From NCBI GenBank assembly GCA_051294905.1, contig CM119378.1:3722001-3786000 (forward strand): a stretch of DNA of 64,000 nt. Direction: 5' to 3'. Of the stretch, positions 37,181-51,419 are shown piece after piece. The position numbers and the translations under genes were made by a program. The notes under the pieces are model-generated. The model saw only the letters and a program-made list of their open reading frames with translations. It had not been told where the DNA came from and searched no databases. Position 1 is the stretch's first letter, and every line of letters starts with the position of its first letter. Source of the stretch: Botryllus schlosseri (taxonomy: Eukaryota).

Positions 37181-37550
37181 CATGTGTTTTTTTGTATTCC
37201 GTCCTGATCATATGGTAGTTGTCCTTCATTGACGCGCGTGTGCTGTACCTGTGCGCTTTTGACTCCGAGGTGAAGTAGTCGTTGAAATTTGAGGGACATT
37301 GAATGCACTGGAACTGATACATAAACTTGGCAATTTCTAGCTTACTCATATCTTCTATGTTTAGAACACCAAATCTTTTGAGTAGCGATTTATCAGTTGC
37401 ACATCCAGGCCCCCCTTGGGGCTTTGGCAATGATACGGATTATCAGATGTTGTAGTTTTTGCAGTGGGTCAATCGTATTCACGCAGGCATACCGCAACAA
37501 AGAATTCCGCATTGCAACTTTGATGTGGATAGAGTGTTGAAGAGTATTAA
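37181..37550 (-). mobile_element. Internal fragment of the LINE family at 33559-34415
   Basis: High similarity to 33960-34330 (ATDKSLLKRFGVLNIEDM...YHMIRTEYKKTH). Confidence 0.88.
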
Positions 37551-37709
37551 CAGACCCCTAACTAACTATACTTTCCTTTTGCGTTGAAATATTGTCTGGT
37601 AGAATGAATATAATATTTTTATTTACTATTATAATATACAGTAGTAGAATGGATTTGTTTCATGCGGAGGATACACCCTAGTGGCCTAGTATTACGCTAT
37701 AGATGAGTA

Positions 37710-38659
37710 GGGGAGATGTGGTATCGTTGGATCAAAAATTTGAAAATGATCTCTGGCCCCAAAATGTTCAGCTGATAACAGCAGATCTTTTGCTGGGTCA
37801 ACACTTTGGTACAAGCTCTACCTATCGCGCATGTATACATGAAAATACGTCTTTTCAAAAAATATTTATGAATTAGAATTTGTTGCTCGAACGTATCATC
37901 GGTCCCCACCCGGTGGGTTTAAAGGCACACGACCCGGGGACCTATGAGACATACTCTCATAAACTCAAATATCACAAATTTTCTTGATGTGTAATATTAT
38001 CTAAGCTAGAGCAAGCCAAATAAAAATGTTTGGTCGCAACCGTCAAAAATAGAATTAATATTAACTCAAATGTTGCCATAAAATCACGTTTTGATTTAGG
38101 CTCGAACTTATAAATTTGAGGCTACATACATATTGCCCGTAGATCAACATTGTGACTACCAAATACCTCGTTATAGCGATAAAACATCACAGGTAATTCT
38201 TACATAAAGAGTTTCTGTAAGTAGTCATGTTTCAGTTGTTGCATGATTAGTTAGTGCAACTATTTTGCTTGATTTGGCTGTTGTATCATTGTCCTAACCC
38301 TATGAATTTTATAAATGAATCGAAAGAAATTCCACTCAAGGAAGGTATTGAATAAAAGGATATGTGCCATTATGTAGCCTGATACAGGCTCTGTACTTAA
38401 CATAAAAAATGATTCCAGGTTTGTTCGTGTTGAAGATTACAGCGAAAAATGTATACGTCGATCGAAATTTATTTTACACCCCCCACAACAGAAAACATCT
38501 GCCAGAAACCCCCTCGCGCACGTCGAAGTTTTTTTTATGTGAGGAAAGATTCTGGCAGCATGCAATTGTAGACAAATTCACTGAGTGTAATCATGGAGTT
38601 ATCATGGATAATTTTCAAGTATTTTCGGTCCCAGTGATCCATCGGTACCACATCTCCCC
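37710..38659. mobile_element. TIR element, possibly Tc1/mariner-pogo type
   Basis: GGGGAGATGTGGTATCGTTGGATCA...TGATCCATCGGTACCACATCTCCCC; TA on the left, CA on the right. Confidence 0.65.
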
Positions 38660-38716
38660 CACAGTCTCGGTGCCAGCTGATCTGAGGTATTCTATATTTC
38701 TAGTTGCACAGATCTA

Positions 38717-38978
38717 GACTGTTAGCGAAAAAACCGTGTATTCACACATTTTACCACCCGTGATATATGGGTGTGAATATACACGCGTGGTACACGAAAT
38801 CAAAACATACCTCAGACTTACGCCACGGAATAAATCAAATACAACATTTAATCCAAATTCTGCTAGCACGTATGAACGTATAGGAAGGCGTGCACGTAGG
38901 CACGTTGGATTTATTAACGCGATGGAATTCTGTACGACCATTTGGGTGTTTGAATACACAGTATTTTCGCTAAGAGTG
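38717..38978. mobile_element. Palindromic MITE with a CACT-like terminus
   Basis: ttagcgaaaaaaccgtgtattcacac is mirrored by gtttgaatacacagtattttcgctaagagtg. Confidence 0.6.
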
Positions 38979-39565
38979 CACCTTACAAATTTTCAAATGA
39001 TCACCTACCATTAAAATTGTGCATCGGGGCGTGCTTCTAAAACTACCTAGATTACTTTTCAAAGCATGTCATTTCAACTTCTACTCGCAGCTGTTTCGGC
39101 AGCTTTCGGATATCGCTACCTAATTAGAATTGTATGTATGCAATATCACGTCTACTTCTACTTGAGTAGAACCTAAAAGGCATGAATCACGAATTTTATC
39201 ACCTCTGGATGTACTGTAGTTTTCTCAACGAAACATAGTAATGCAATGAGTAGCAAGTAATCATCGAGTTTAGAAATTACTTACATGCAGTTGTCGGATG
39301 CAACCGGCTCCATAGAAATTGGATGAGATCCACGCTCCGGATAGCATTACGGTCTACAGTCTATGAATTTTTGTAACAGAACCGACTGAGAAACAAATGA
39401 ATCCTACCACTGCTTATATGTGGATCTAATGTGCATTGTGCATTTCTCGTTTATATATGCTGCATAGCATTGTGTGTGACATGTGTGACCAACACTGTAT
39501 AGTGAATAAGATTATTCATTTGCTGTAAAGTGCTAGCAAACTAGAAACTTAACATATACAATACT

Positions 39566-39621
39566 ATTGAATAGTATAATCATATTGTATATTGAAGTTT
39601 TGTAACTCCAAGAAACTCTTC
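39566..39621. mobile_element. Ultra-short inverted PLE insertion
   Basis: attgaatagtataatcatattg (inverted end) plus tatattgaagttttgtaactccaagaaactcttc (tail); flanked by direct repeat atatacaata. Confidence 0.65.
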
Positions 39622-39679
39622 AAATATACAATATACTAGCCATCACCGGACGAGGACACGGTGAATGGTTTCTTTATAG

Positions 39680-42008
39680 CAGGGGCGGGCAACTTCGCCG
39701 GCCTGCGAGCCTGATGTGGGGGAATGAAGTTTTTGGCGGGTCGGGTTACAGAATCGATACATTAATCGCGTATTTATCCACCTACACAAGGAATAAATCG
39801 TATTTAATGTAAACTTTTTGTTTGAGATCAAAAACCAGGGCATGGTGTGATATGGTATGGTATGGAACGAAATTTCTGTATGGAATATGGAAGAGTGCAA
39901 GTATGGCATGGTATGGAAATTTCCCAAGTATGGTATGGAATGTTCTTTCCATACTTCCATACTTTTTCCATACTTTGGCAGTTTTGCCAGAATCATGGTA
40001 ATGATCCTACTTTCGATTTGTCAAATTGATTGCATACCTCAGAAAATCGCTCACTGTCTATGTTCATATATCTCAAATTGCGATTTATCACTCGCACACC
40101 CCGGTTGACATCTATTTGAAGACAACAAAGTAGCGCTACGCCCATATGACGGAAATTAATATTAATAATGAATATTCAAATCAAATCAGATCTGAAATCA
40201 TAAAAACGAATCATGTTCGACCGCTGTCGCGTTACAACTTGCATTTCAACTTGCACTTCCACTCCGTAAATTACCAAGGAAGTTTTAAAATCGTAGATTC
40301 TGAGAATGTTTAAGTTACGTGAATATTGTTATCAGTTTGTTGAACTTGGAAATAATTTTCTGCGCTTTGGTAGGATGATCATCGCGCAATATCTATTTGA
40401 CATAACCATCATTGTAATTCAAAAATATGTAGCTTGTCTTGAGCGATGTTACGATATGCCGCCTTCCAACACGCATTAAACCTCGTTTATTAAACGTCTA
40501 TATGAAAGGCCAATCTTATCTCTAACAGTAAGGCCTATTAGCTCATTTGCAATTCAGCGATTCGTATTATCAGTGCCTCCAATTATCTACTGGATCTGGA
40601 CTGAATCTACTGGACAGCGGCACCCCATCTTCCGCATATACGTTGTTATTTGGTCGCATGCCAAATGGTGTGATTGAAATCACCTGATTCGTTATAATAA
40701 AAGTCCATATGTATATAAATATGTAATCAGGTGATCGCGGTTCCCTAATTGATAGCATAGCCGTACTCGTTACAGATGAAATGACATATTTCTTTTGAGT
40801 TATGTAGCGTGCGAAAGTGTAGCTTATGGCGGGTTATAGATGATCTAACAGCAGGAAGTTTATCCGGCCCATGTATTGTTTGGCATTTAAACATGCAAAT
40901 TGATGCTATGTCGCTACATTTGGAAATATTTCAAGCCCTTCCTATTTTTCTGCCAGCTTACACATGCATTTGAAGGAGGCGCAACATTGCGTTTACGGTT
41001 ACCAGTTCACTGCTCATTCATTTCATTGCGTGCTGTTCAATTCTGGGGTCTTAACTTCCACAAATAGCAAGTCTTTACAAAACAAAGTGTTACAAAATTT
41101 TATTGGCGGGAGCAATTTTAAAGGGTGGAATTATAGATTTCAGGTTGTGGGGAATAAAGAAAAAATGGTTGGGAACCAATCTTATAATTTCACAATACCT
41201 TTGGTTTATGTAATTTTGTAGATGATGCTGCTTCTAGCAGTCCGTTACCACACTAGATTTACATGTCATGCGATTCTGTTGTGATTTCCAAATAATCCCG
41301 TTTGTATACCTATATATTATACGTTCCGTCTTCGAGGATTATGCAACATACATCGCTGACGACATGTGATATAAAGACACTGGGGATATCATTGGTGCAT
41401 CAGGGCTGTTTAAATGAATGACTTCATCCAAAATAATTAGAGTAAAAACGCCGCAACATTTCCACATACCAAAAAATAGAATATCACTTGAGAGGTTGGG
41501 CAAGTCGCGAAAGTATGGAAAAATTATCAAATATAGTATGGAGGAATGTTGCTATGGCATGGTAAATTGTCAAGTATGGTATGGAACGATTTGGCGGGTA
41601 TGGACTACGGAGTATGGAAAATTCCCATTCCATACCATACCATACCATGCCCTGCCAAAAAAAGTATTTAACGAATTTATTAACCTAATGTACTTTAATA
41701 GCTGTCGAAGTCCATCAAACATCTGTGGGCGATCAAAGTTGTCAACAAGTTCTTTGAAATCTGGTTGCATGCCGGATGTAGAAACCCGTAGTTAAGACTG
41801 CGCGTGAACATCAGTTAGATTGGAACGCAGCTTGTCTTGGTTTGATCGCAAATGTATGTAGACCATCTTTCTCAGTTTGGCAAACTTGGATTCATTCTGT
41901 GACGCATAAAATTTGTCAATAATTTCAGATTAGAATATCACTTCCACGATACAAACTCTCTGCGGGCCGCTCAAACTCCCTTTGCGGGCCGTCTGTTACC
42001 CGCCCCTG
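39680..42008 (-). mobile_element. Charlie/Buster-type element retaining the transposase C-terminus (~41715-41935, minus strand)
   Basis: CAGGGGCGGGCAAC...GTTACCCGCCCCTG; TSD CTTTATAG/CTTTATAA; remnant FYAS..ESKFAKLRK / STYICDQ / LRSNLTDVH...LRVSTSGMQPDF is GTF2IRD2/Charlie-like. Confidence 0.85.
39836..41654. mobile_element. hAT-type element with ATGGT/ATGGA arrays, nested in 39680-42008
   Basis: CAGGGCATGGT...ACCATGCCCTG; TSD 6/8 (TCAAAAAC/CCAAAAAA). Confidence 0.8.
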
Positions 42009-42024
42009 CTTTATAAGTTATGAG

Positions 42025-42895
42025 TAGGGCGATTTTTTGACATGTCAAAATTAGTCAACATATTGTCAAAATTGTAACGTTAGGTGAAAATATTGTCAAA
42101 ATTATTTACAAAGCCAAAAAAATTTTTCACCCGTGCATTTCGTTTGTATCGTTGATTTTGCACTCTCGGTGAACTTATCATTTGATATTTTACAGCTTGT
42201 AGCCTACTTTAAAGGACGATCGTTGTAGATGGCCAATTGTCTGGTCATTGTGAATCATAAACGGTCAAATGAAACAAATACGTTGACATGGTGTTATGGA
42301 CAACGCTCCGCAATATCCTAACTAAAGCAAGACTGCTTGGACATTGCACGGTTCTTGTATCAAGAAGCGCAACATGAAAACTTGTGATGCAAACAGCATC
42401 GTCAGTATGAAGCAACACCGTGTGTCACCAGAAGTGTACGCACAACTTCAGTGTTGTCAGCCAACAACTGATGCTGTTGCACGTTCTTTCTCCATTCTTG
42501 GTAAGCTTAACAGGGACAGACACTTTCTACCCGAGAATGCAGGAAAGTATCTTTCGTTGGACTACAAATTTTTTTAAATTATTTCTACTATAATACGTAA
42601 TGTAACTACTGAAATTTTTCATAGGGCCAGATTTCGTTAAAACAAAACTTTTTTTTCATGTTAAAATTTGTCAGATTTCAAGTCAAAACGTTTTTGCAGG
42701 CCAAACTATTCGTAAGGACAGACATTTCCAACCAGAAATGAAGATAAATAGTACAATTTTAACATTATGTGCGAAAACACATACGTGAGGTCAGAATTTG
42801 GTCAAAATTAAGTTGCTTTAGGTAAAGAAATGTCATAATTTTGATTTTATAGGTTAAACTCTTCCGTTTTTTAGGTCCAAAAAAATCGCAGACTC
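42025..42895 (+). mobile_element. Deleted hAT element with GTCAAA repeats and a transposase C-terminal remnant (42344-42577)
   Basis: TAGGGCGATTTTTT...AAAAAATCGC ends; remnant QCCQPTTDAVARSFSILGKL..DRHF resembles the hAT PTSxxVERSFS motif. Confidence 0.7.
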
Positions 42896-43721
42896 GCAGC
42901 CCATATAGATAACTGTGGATCGATGCGGTTTGGCATTCGATGTAAGCAGCGCGCGTTAACCTTTACCGGCACACATCTTGCCGGTGAATTGGCAATGGTA
43001 ACAGTGTGGAATGTAGAATTTGGTAGCTTGAACTAGGTTTGTTAATGAGATGAGACACCGATATTGGTTTGACAATATCAAACGTAGTAACATGTAGACG
43101 TGCCCTAAGGCTATGTGTACGTATGTAAAACTGTCTAGTAACAATCACATAGTGAACTTGCGGATAGGAAATATATGATGTTAAAAAGCATTTGATTATA
43201 AGCAAAATCAACAGTAAGATTTCACTCCGTATACAGTTTACATTGAGCCTGTAATTACTTTGTAACACTAATGAGCGTAACCAGCTGGATCACCATTAAA
43301 GGAGGGAGATTTCAGCAATGACATGACATCCCGGATATACAATGACCTAATGCACGACAGCTAAGTTACGATGACCGATTGCGCGATGCAGTGACGCAAA
43401 ATGTTATTTCTCTCGCAAATATTTAACTATGAGGATAGCAATAATATGTGCATTTGATTTACTTGGTCAAACTAAACGGTAACTACTGTTCTGCAGTGCA
43501 ATATACAATGTTCCATGGATAACAGTCAGCAACAAACTAAGACTAGGATTTAATCTATATCAAAGCTAAGAATAATATTATTCAACTTACCATGGACGCT
43601 CTTACAATTGAAATTGTGATCAGGAAAATTCCGGTCCATCTTTCACGCACATGCATCTTACTATTTTAAACTATTGATCGACAGGTATTGAGGTACTGAT
43701 GCAATTTGAATCTATAGCTCC

Positions 43722-44148
43722 CAGAGATGAGCGGATTTGAAATTTCTATGTCCTAATCCAATCCAAATCCTAACCTTCAAATCCATATCCAAATCCTAAT
43801 CCATGACTTTTTCACATTCAAGTCCATGTCCAATCCTAATCCGATTCCAACTGGAAATTCAGAAAAAATACTAATTTATGCAATGGAGGGATTCGAAAAT
43901 TTTCTTTCACAACCAACGATTCACTTGATTCAAGATAACTTAGTAACCATAAGTACATTATTAACTGATCTGAATAAAGTTTGTAGCCACTCGCCACACG
44001 ACATTTCAATCTCCCAGAAAATAGGTAAATCCAATCCAAATCCTAATCCGTTCTGTAAAAAATGTCTAATCCAAATCCAATCCAAATCCGACAAAATTTC
44101 ACAAATCCTGTTTTTTCAAAACCTAATCCTAATCCATGCTCATCTCTG
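43722..44148. mobile_element. hAT-type MITE with AATCC arrays
   Basis: CAGAGATGAGC...GCTCATCTCTG; perfect TSD ATAGCTCC. Confidence 0.93.
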
Positions 44149-45699
44149 ATAGCTCCGCCTCTTATACGATCGCACCGTTACATGTTTGCTATAAACGTAA
44201 GCACAAAGAGCAAATAAAGTGACTGTGCGAGTGTGCGTTCACGCACGGATTGCAACGCACGAATTCTAAAGTCCACATAAATCAGCTGCATCGCCGGAAC
44301 GATTGTATATAATGAATAGCCTCTTTCCAACACAACTTGCAAGTCTCGAGATACTGTTGGTACCCAAGTTGAGTTAACGTCATAAATTACTACGCAAGTA
44401 TAGTTAAGTAGTGATTTCCAACCAAGTAAAAAAGTGAGTGTTATTTAGGTCTGGTTTTGCGTTAAAAAGTACTTTGTCACATACATTGGCATTCAAGTGA
44501 TGAACTCGAATCGTAGAAAAGGCATAGCGTAACTACCGCAAAATTATTTCGTATTTTTGAGAAGATTTGTTCAACTTGGAGTTTATTCTTCGCACTTCGC
44601 GCGATTTATTGTCCCTGGATTTCTCGATTTTAACATGGATTACCCCCACCCTAAAAACTAAAATAAAGAAGAAACTGTCAATTACGCGTAAAATTTACGG
44701 AGATAAGTCCAACTGTAATTTCCATTATTAGAGAATGGTATAATCCTTGTATCGCGTGAGGTCGTTCGGCGATGCTTTCGTCTAGGGTTGCATTGCATCG
44801 TGTGCACAGGGCCCCGGCATTTCCGGGCCGGAAAATACCATTACCATACCAAGACATATGACGTTTCGGCCATCATGATATACTCCGTTCTGTCAGAAAG
44901 ATCGTAAGGGATAAAGCCTTGGTCCAAAATGATCGGTGCATCTAGGTCAGTGGTGGGCAACCTGTGGGCGTAGAAGGGAATTTGTGCTGTCGTCGACACG
45001 TAATTCAATTAGTAAGTGTTGGCAGCCGCCGACACGTAAATTGAAACTGCGAATTCACTCGCGAATTTTTGAGAGATTTCAATTATTCTTGAAATTTTCT
45101 TCGCGCTTTGCGCGATTCAATGCGACTTCGTTTTTCGATTTTAGTGTAGTAGCGCCCTTTGCAATCTGAGCCGGAATCGGAATCGAAATTTGTTTTTGGT
45201 ACATTTGGGCGATTCTAATATATTTCCACTGTACCGACAATCCTTATGGGGGGTCAAGAAACAACAGCATGCAACAAAGTGACTAATAACAATTGACCCA
45301 CCCGAAGATGCAATATCATTTATAACTTGCCCTAAATTTTTGAAAGCACTCCCTCTATCAACTCTACCGGTGACAGAATCCATCCAATGACAGAAAAGTA
45401 GAATCGTCCGGAGTTCACCGTAAATGTACATGGACAATTTAACTTATTTGGCGTCCAGTTAGTTCATTACGGCTATGCCCTGGAATGCAACCGAAGGCTA
45501 CATAAGTAATCGAAATGGTTCCATGATTAGCAAAAAGGTTGCCCACCTCTGATGTAGGCCGAAACATTATCAATATTGATGTCTCAAGGTACCGAAATAG
45601 TCGGAGACAAATAGCCCTGTCCTTGCAAACTGAACCCAGAGGTACAAAGATTACGTATATGCAAAATTCGTAATTACCAATATTATTGACCAAGAAGCG

Positions 45700-45950
45700 C
45701 AACTAGAACTGTGATTAGAACTGCTCAATTTTTAAAACTAGCAACTATAACTAGAACTACTAAATTTTCAAAATATACAACTAGAACTAGAACTACCCAA
45801 TTTTCAAAATCCGCCACTAGAACTAGAACTACAACTACTCAATTTTCAAAATCAGCAACTAGAACTGGAATTAAAACTAGAACTAGAACTTCTCAAACAA
45901 CCGTTGGTTAGTTGACCAACATATCTAAATGTTTAGTTTGTACAAGTCTG
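45700..45950 (+). repeat. AACTAG array ending in a CAGACTTG-family right terminus
   Basis: (aactag)n blocks then tttgtacaagtctg; a related left end lies at ~25743-25870. Confidence 0.6.
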
Positions 45951-48623
45951 ACTGGATGAGTCAATAAATGTGTGTTTGTGTATAAAGGCTATAGTGAAGA
46001 TATTCTTCATAACATAATGGGGCTTTACCTCAAGAAGTTATATCGGTTACCCGAAGGGGCCTAAGACCATCGCTGTTGGTTGCATGTGCATAGTCAGAAA
46101 AAAATTTAGGGGGGGGGGGCGAAAATTCGATGGCGTATTGCTGTTACTTCTTACTTCATGACTTGCGGAGAAAGCTGTCACCACTTGAAAGATCGCTCAC
46201 ATGCAAGGTCGTAGCAGAAAAAAATTATTTGGGGGGCAGGGGAGGCGTCAAATTTTTTAAGAGTTTAGGGAAGCTCCCCCTGTGGGAACACCTCGAAGAA
46301 CCGTACATCCTTCCGTGGGCAATTTTATCACTACCCTTTATACATACGATTATTAGACGCATAAACACACACACACACACACACATACCCTATGAAAGCT
46401 TTCAGTTGCCAACCATAACTTTTATTAGGCGATCGTTTCACGGAAGAGCCCAAATCGCTGAAAGTAAGTTATGGACAATCAGTGTGAATTTCGGGCCTAG
46501 TGGCACAGAGCGTAAATATTTTTTGAATAAATGTAAGAATTTGATCAATAATATTGATGCGTGTATATGAGCAAGTGTTAGCAATTAGTAATCTCTGGTA
46601 AAGATCGACGCTACTTTCAAAATTTGAATCCCTGATCCATACCAGACCAAATTTTAAAAAGATCCTGTGATCAGACTCATGCGATTTCAAATTAGCACTT
46701 TTAACAGGTGGTAGCGATATTTCCCTATGCCAGTCGCATTTATGTCGGAGGGGTCTGATTGAAGAGACAGGATCATTAGGCGCCAGCCATTTAAGCACCC
46801 GGAAATCTTTATCTCAGGCTTAGGAATACATGGCGTCGGTTTTATGGCCCTCAATCATTTTGGGAGCGCACTTTGCGGAGTCGCGTGTAGCCTACTTAAT
46901 ATGTCTTCGTGTGTCCCGGAACGGAAATTGCCGGAACTAACAGTCCCCAACCCCCATACTGAACGGACACCCCTAGACTCAATCTATCCAACGACCTTGG
47001 TATACTCTAGTGTACTGGTATTGTTGTACTCTCATAATTGAAAATGCAGCTAAATTCAATTATGGGTCTTGGGTATTTGTGGAAGATTTTTTTTTCGGGA
47101 TACCGATTATAAAGTCAATACATGTATGGACGCTAAATCGTGCGAAGCGCGAAGAAAATTTTCGGTTGCATTCATCTGCCCTAAAATACTGTAATATTGG
47201 TTGATTTGGTGACTATTTTCCCAAATTTTTTTGGGGGTGTTATCGCCCCTTTCGCCCCCTGGCTACGCCAATGGTTGGGTGTCCTGACAAAATCCTGTTT
47301 CGGCCCTGTACGTAGATCATTTAGTTTTAAGTCGAAAAATTTCTAGGATTTCATGTTAGATACGATGAATCACGCGTTATCAGAGAATCACCAACATAGA
47401 AACGTGGCACCGGCAAGGGCTAACCGCCAACGTACACCCAGAGACTCGCTGCTTCAGAATTTTGAGGACGAGGGTTTGAAAAATCATGCTGTTACTATAT
47501 ATTAGTTTATGGGACCGAGTTTACCATCCTTCGGGCATGTTCTTGAAGAAACGACACGCTGATTATTATTAACACTCCAAATAAGATTGTTTATGTGAGG
47601 CACAGTTCATGCGCGTACGAACTCGGGGTCACTTTCTCCTGACGTACGTTATTATGTTGACGACTTGAATTGATTTGCAACAACGGTGGAGTTGACGCAT
47701 CGCTAAATCGCTGTGAGAGAATATGGAAGACTCAATCAACTCAATCTAATAAGTAACTCTATAGTTGAGTCGTGCTACTTTTTATGTTTAAGAACGAGAA
47801 AAATGCGACTCGAATAATCACAACAAGGAGTCAAATATCCTTTATTTTCATTATTCCATTACTTGGCTGGCCACCATCCTCGCACGTATAATTTTGATCA
47901 CAGTTCTACAAAACGTCTTCGAGTGCTAGTGTCGTTGTTACGCAACGTCTTGCGTTGTCATTCGCTTTATTATACAAGCTCCAATGGGCCTGCAAACCCC
48001 ATAATTACATTATGTTTGAAGAAATAAAGCCGAATAAGTGCGTCGTTACGCATTCCCAATTTCACAACTTCGGTAAGAGATTACGGCGTAAATGCACTGT
48101 ACTATTACTTCACAGCCTTTCTCACTTCGCGATGCACGTGATTAGAAGCAACGAGGCATTTTTTCGCCAATTCGCGATGTATATTTGCGTTGGCTGTTAC
48201 AGGCTTCGCACAGACCAAACGGACCAAGCGCAATGCAAGCTCAAGCGATTGTAGTGAGTGCTGTTGTTCTCTGTTGCTTCTGCGTCACATATGGCGGCTC
48301 GTTCGTGCCTGATGCTAACCAGGAGATGGATGTGGCAAATGGATTTCTGAGTGGGTATGAGCATTGAAATTTCTGCCATTCCATTGTTGGCATTGAATTG
48401 AAACAGTTAATATTTGTACTGTTGGTACTGATGTACTTATAAAAAATACGTGTCTACATTGGCATTTCAGCGCCGGTCATTGCCGATCCGCGACACGACT
48501 CACCAAAACTTTCAGCCAACATGCGACTTGGCGAAGTGTGTTACCAAATAAAACTTTTGGCGAAAATGACCGCTACAGAACCACTATAAAAGTAAAACGT
48601 GCCTTACTGGTAGTGGTAAGAAG

Positions 48624-50052
48624 TAGGGATGGTGTGAACCCCTGAAAGGTTCAATTTCGTGTGAGCGCAAACCTTTTTGAAAGGTTCTGTGTGAATGCGA
48701 ACGTGAACCTTATGACGTCACGTGACGTCATATTGCTAGTTCCAACCCTACATTTCAATAAAATGATATAATAACGTACACGATACCTAGCGAAGACTCA
48801 AGCCATATTATGCCACAATGCTGAAGTACATGCTGACTTCGCCAAATGTATCAACTGGGGCAATCAAATGCTATAATAATTCCATAAAATCAATATCTTC
48901 CGTCGCTTTCCAAACAATTTCGACGGGGACTTGCAAACGAATAACATCTTACGCTGTAACGGCCAAGGCCAGACCGGACAATGCATTCGCCGTCACAAAT
49001 TGCTACATAGATATTGAGCTGAGTGTAAAACTGGTTTATACACTATATAGTTACCGATATTACCCCATAAACAAGTTATACAGTAGCCAACACCCCAATC
49101 GCACGGATTTGATTTTTATGATACAATAGACATATCAAATCAAGACTTTTGGATTAGACAACGATGCATTATTTATATCAATTTCATTGATTGGTTGAAG
49201 AAGCATCGTTCGTTGACCACCTATATGTAGCCTATTTGGTTCTTGATGTTGTATGATTGCGGTTCAAGCTCACAGCAGACAGTCACGAAATATTCACAAA
49301 AGCAAAGCCGAATATTTCGAGTAAACTTTTGTAACAACGCGTGTCAGTCGTTGAGATTGGCAAGGTACATGCTCGTTTAGTGTTGATTTTTTATGCTGCC
49401 AGCGCCATGCATATAGTGGTCTGAAGTTGAAACTTGCTAGGCCAACCAAAAATATGATTAGTCTGGCCGTAACACTTGACATGTGATGACTAAAATATCA
49501 GTTCTGACGCATTGGCAGATCCATGAGCCAGTGACATTTTGGTAGGTCTTCGTACACTACAATAAAGCAGAATAATTTGCGAAGTAAAAGTTTTCTTCAC
49601 GCTTCGCGCAATATGTTGTCACGCTTTTAATATTGTTACCCCTTATGTAGCAGACTCGCTTCAACTATATTCGCAATCACGAGACAAATTGCCGTCCAAC
49701 ATGAGACCTTGTGTTTGCGCTCGCAGAAAGACCGTCGACGATGACATAGGCACAAAATGATTGACGCATATTGACCTAAGCTTTCGATATCGATATGTCC
49801 AGGCGCCGAATAGTTCGGTCCTTGTGAACTGAGAACCCAGCGATATACAGCAGACCCGCAATATACTCAAGTAATAATATTATTGACTTGTAAACTACGA
49901 ATAATTTTCGAGCTTCGCGCGGCTAGCGGCCCGCTACATATTTCTTCTAGTGCATGTGGCCCTTTGGCCGAAAAGGGTGGCCACCCTTGCTCTAAATTTC
50001 AAAGGTTCACACACAAAACGCGAACGTGAACCTCACGTTCACATCATCACTA
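48624..50052 (-). mobile_element. hAT-type element with GTGAAC/GTTCAC repeats (inverted relative of 61817-62810), with an internal insertion
   Basis: TAGGGATGGTGTGAAC...GTTCACATCATCACTA; perfect TSD GTAAGAAG. Confidence 0.92.
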
Positions 50053-50870
50053 GTAAGAAGTCCTGTGTGCGAAGGGAGGAGATTGGTTTATGAACCTATG
50101 GGGGACCCAAGACCAACGTTTTTTTTCGAGGGGGGTGGGCTGACGAAGTACTGTTTCGGTCCTGATTAGTGTCAATTCAATCATCATTAGAGCGACTTAG
50201 AACCCTCTGCATTACGCGGTGAAATATACAATCCCAAAGCAGCAATTCATTCAAGCGGCGTTGGCGACGCCAGCTTCTTTTCCAATACTCTGCATTCACG
50301 TGGGTGTATTTTCGGCCAATTATATCAACTGTACTCAATACAAATAAGAAAAGCGGGATCGATGAAAACGATCAAAATTTCCGGAGCGAATCCTCAAATA
50401 ATCATAAGTCAATTGGCGACGTGGCATGGCCGAGTGCCTAGCAGTAATGCCCATACAGATTTTAACTTTCCACTTGCGTTGAGGACACTACAGAAATGGT
50501 ATCGCCATTCCATTTAGCCTCCGTTTAAATACACGAAAGTCTCGCATTACGGGTGACTACGGCTGCCCGTACAAAGCCAATGAATATCACCGACGATTCA
50601 ATTTACTTTTCGCAGGTTGTCGGAAAAGGAAGTGTACGAACCAGGGCGAAGACGCCGTCGGCGTATGTATTTTTTGTTATTCCACATAACCGTATTTTAT
50701 GCTACAACTCTAGGGGCACATGCGTACAGTTTTGAATTTGTCAGATAATGGGAGAAGCAAATGCGTGAAATTATTGAATTTCCAAACCCCATTTATACAG
50801 TCCTTTGAATAAAATGGCACACTTTCTTCTGAAATGGACTTTTTACACGCCGATATTAAATAGCCTACAT

Positions 50871-51419
50871 CAGTGGCTGCCTAACTCTCTCTGCGTGCGG
50901 CACACTATAGAATAATTATAAAACTCTAGCGGCACACTTAGGCCCATAAAAGTTGCTTTGGAAAGATGGATGTGGTGGTTTATATGAACAGAACATTGGC
51001 TACAACAGAAACGAGGCTGCATCGTTGACAAACATACCATCCTTTCATACAAGCAGTGTCTCCCGTTAAAAGCTTTAAATTTCAGTCAAAAATAAAAGCC
51101 ATGTCCATATATTCACGAAAGTGCAAATGTTCAGATAATTTTTTTTCACACCGATCATGGAGGATTTGAAAGGAGAGAGCCAGAAATTGTTTATGTTCTT
51201 GGCCATTTTCGTAAATCAATGTGCTGAAATTCTGCTTCATTTTATACGATGCCAGAATGGGTTTAATCGTGATTCTTTTCCAGCTGTTAAAGTAGTTAGA
51301 CCGCATTTACGTCGCAAAGTCTTCAGGCCCTTTAAAAACAATCCAAAAATATGCGTGGCACACCTGAGAATATGTGGCGGCACACTAATCTGCCGCGGCA
51401 CGCAGTTTGGGAATCACTG
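50871..51419. mobile_element. Charlie-type hAT element
   Basis: CAGTGGCTGCCTAACT...AGTTTGGGAATCACTG; perfect TSD GCCTACAT; GCGGCAC motifs. Confidence 0.88.

Noticed and set aside
43826..44149. ORFs with NPNP, TRTRT, VIVI or WYGM repeats (also 45711, 11550, 39847)
   Set aside because: Artefacts of translating subterminal repeat arrays.
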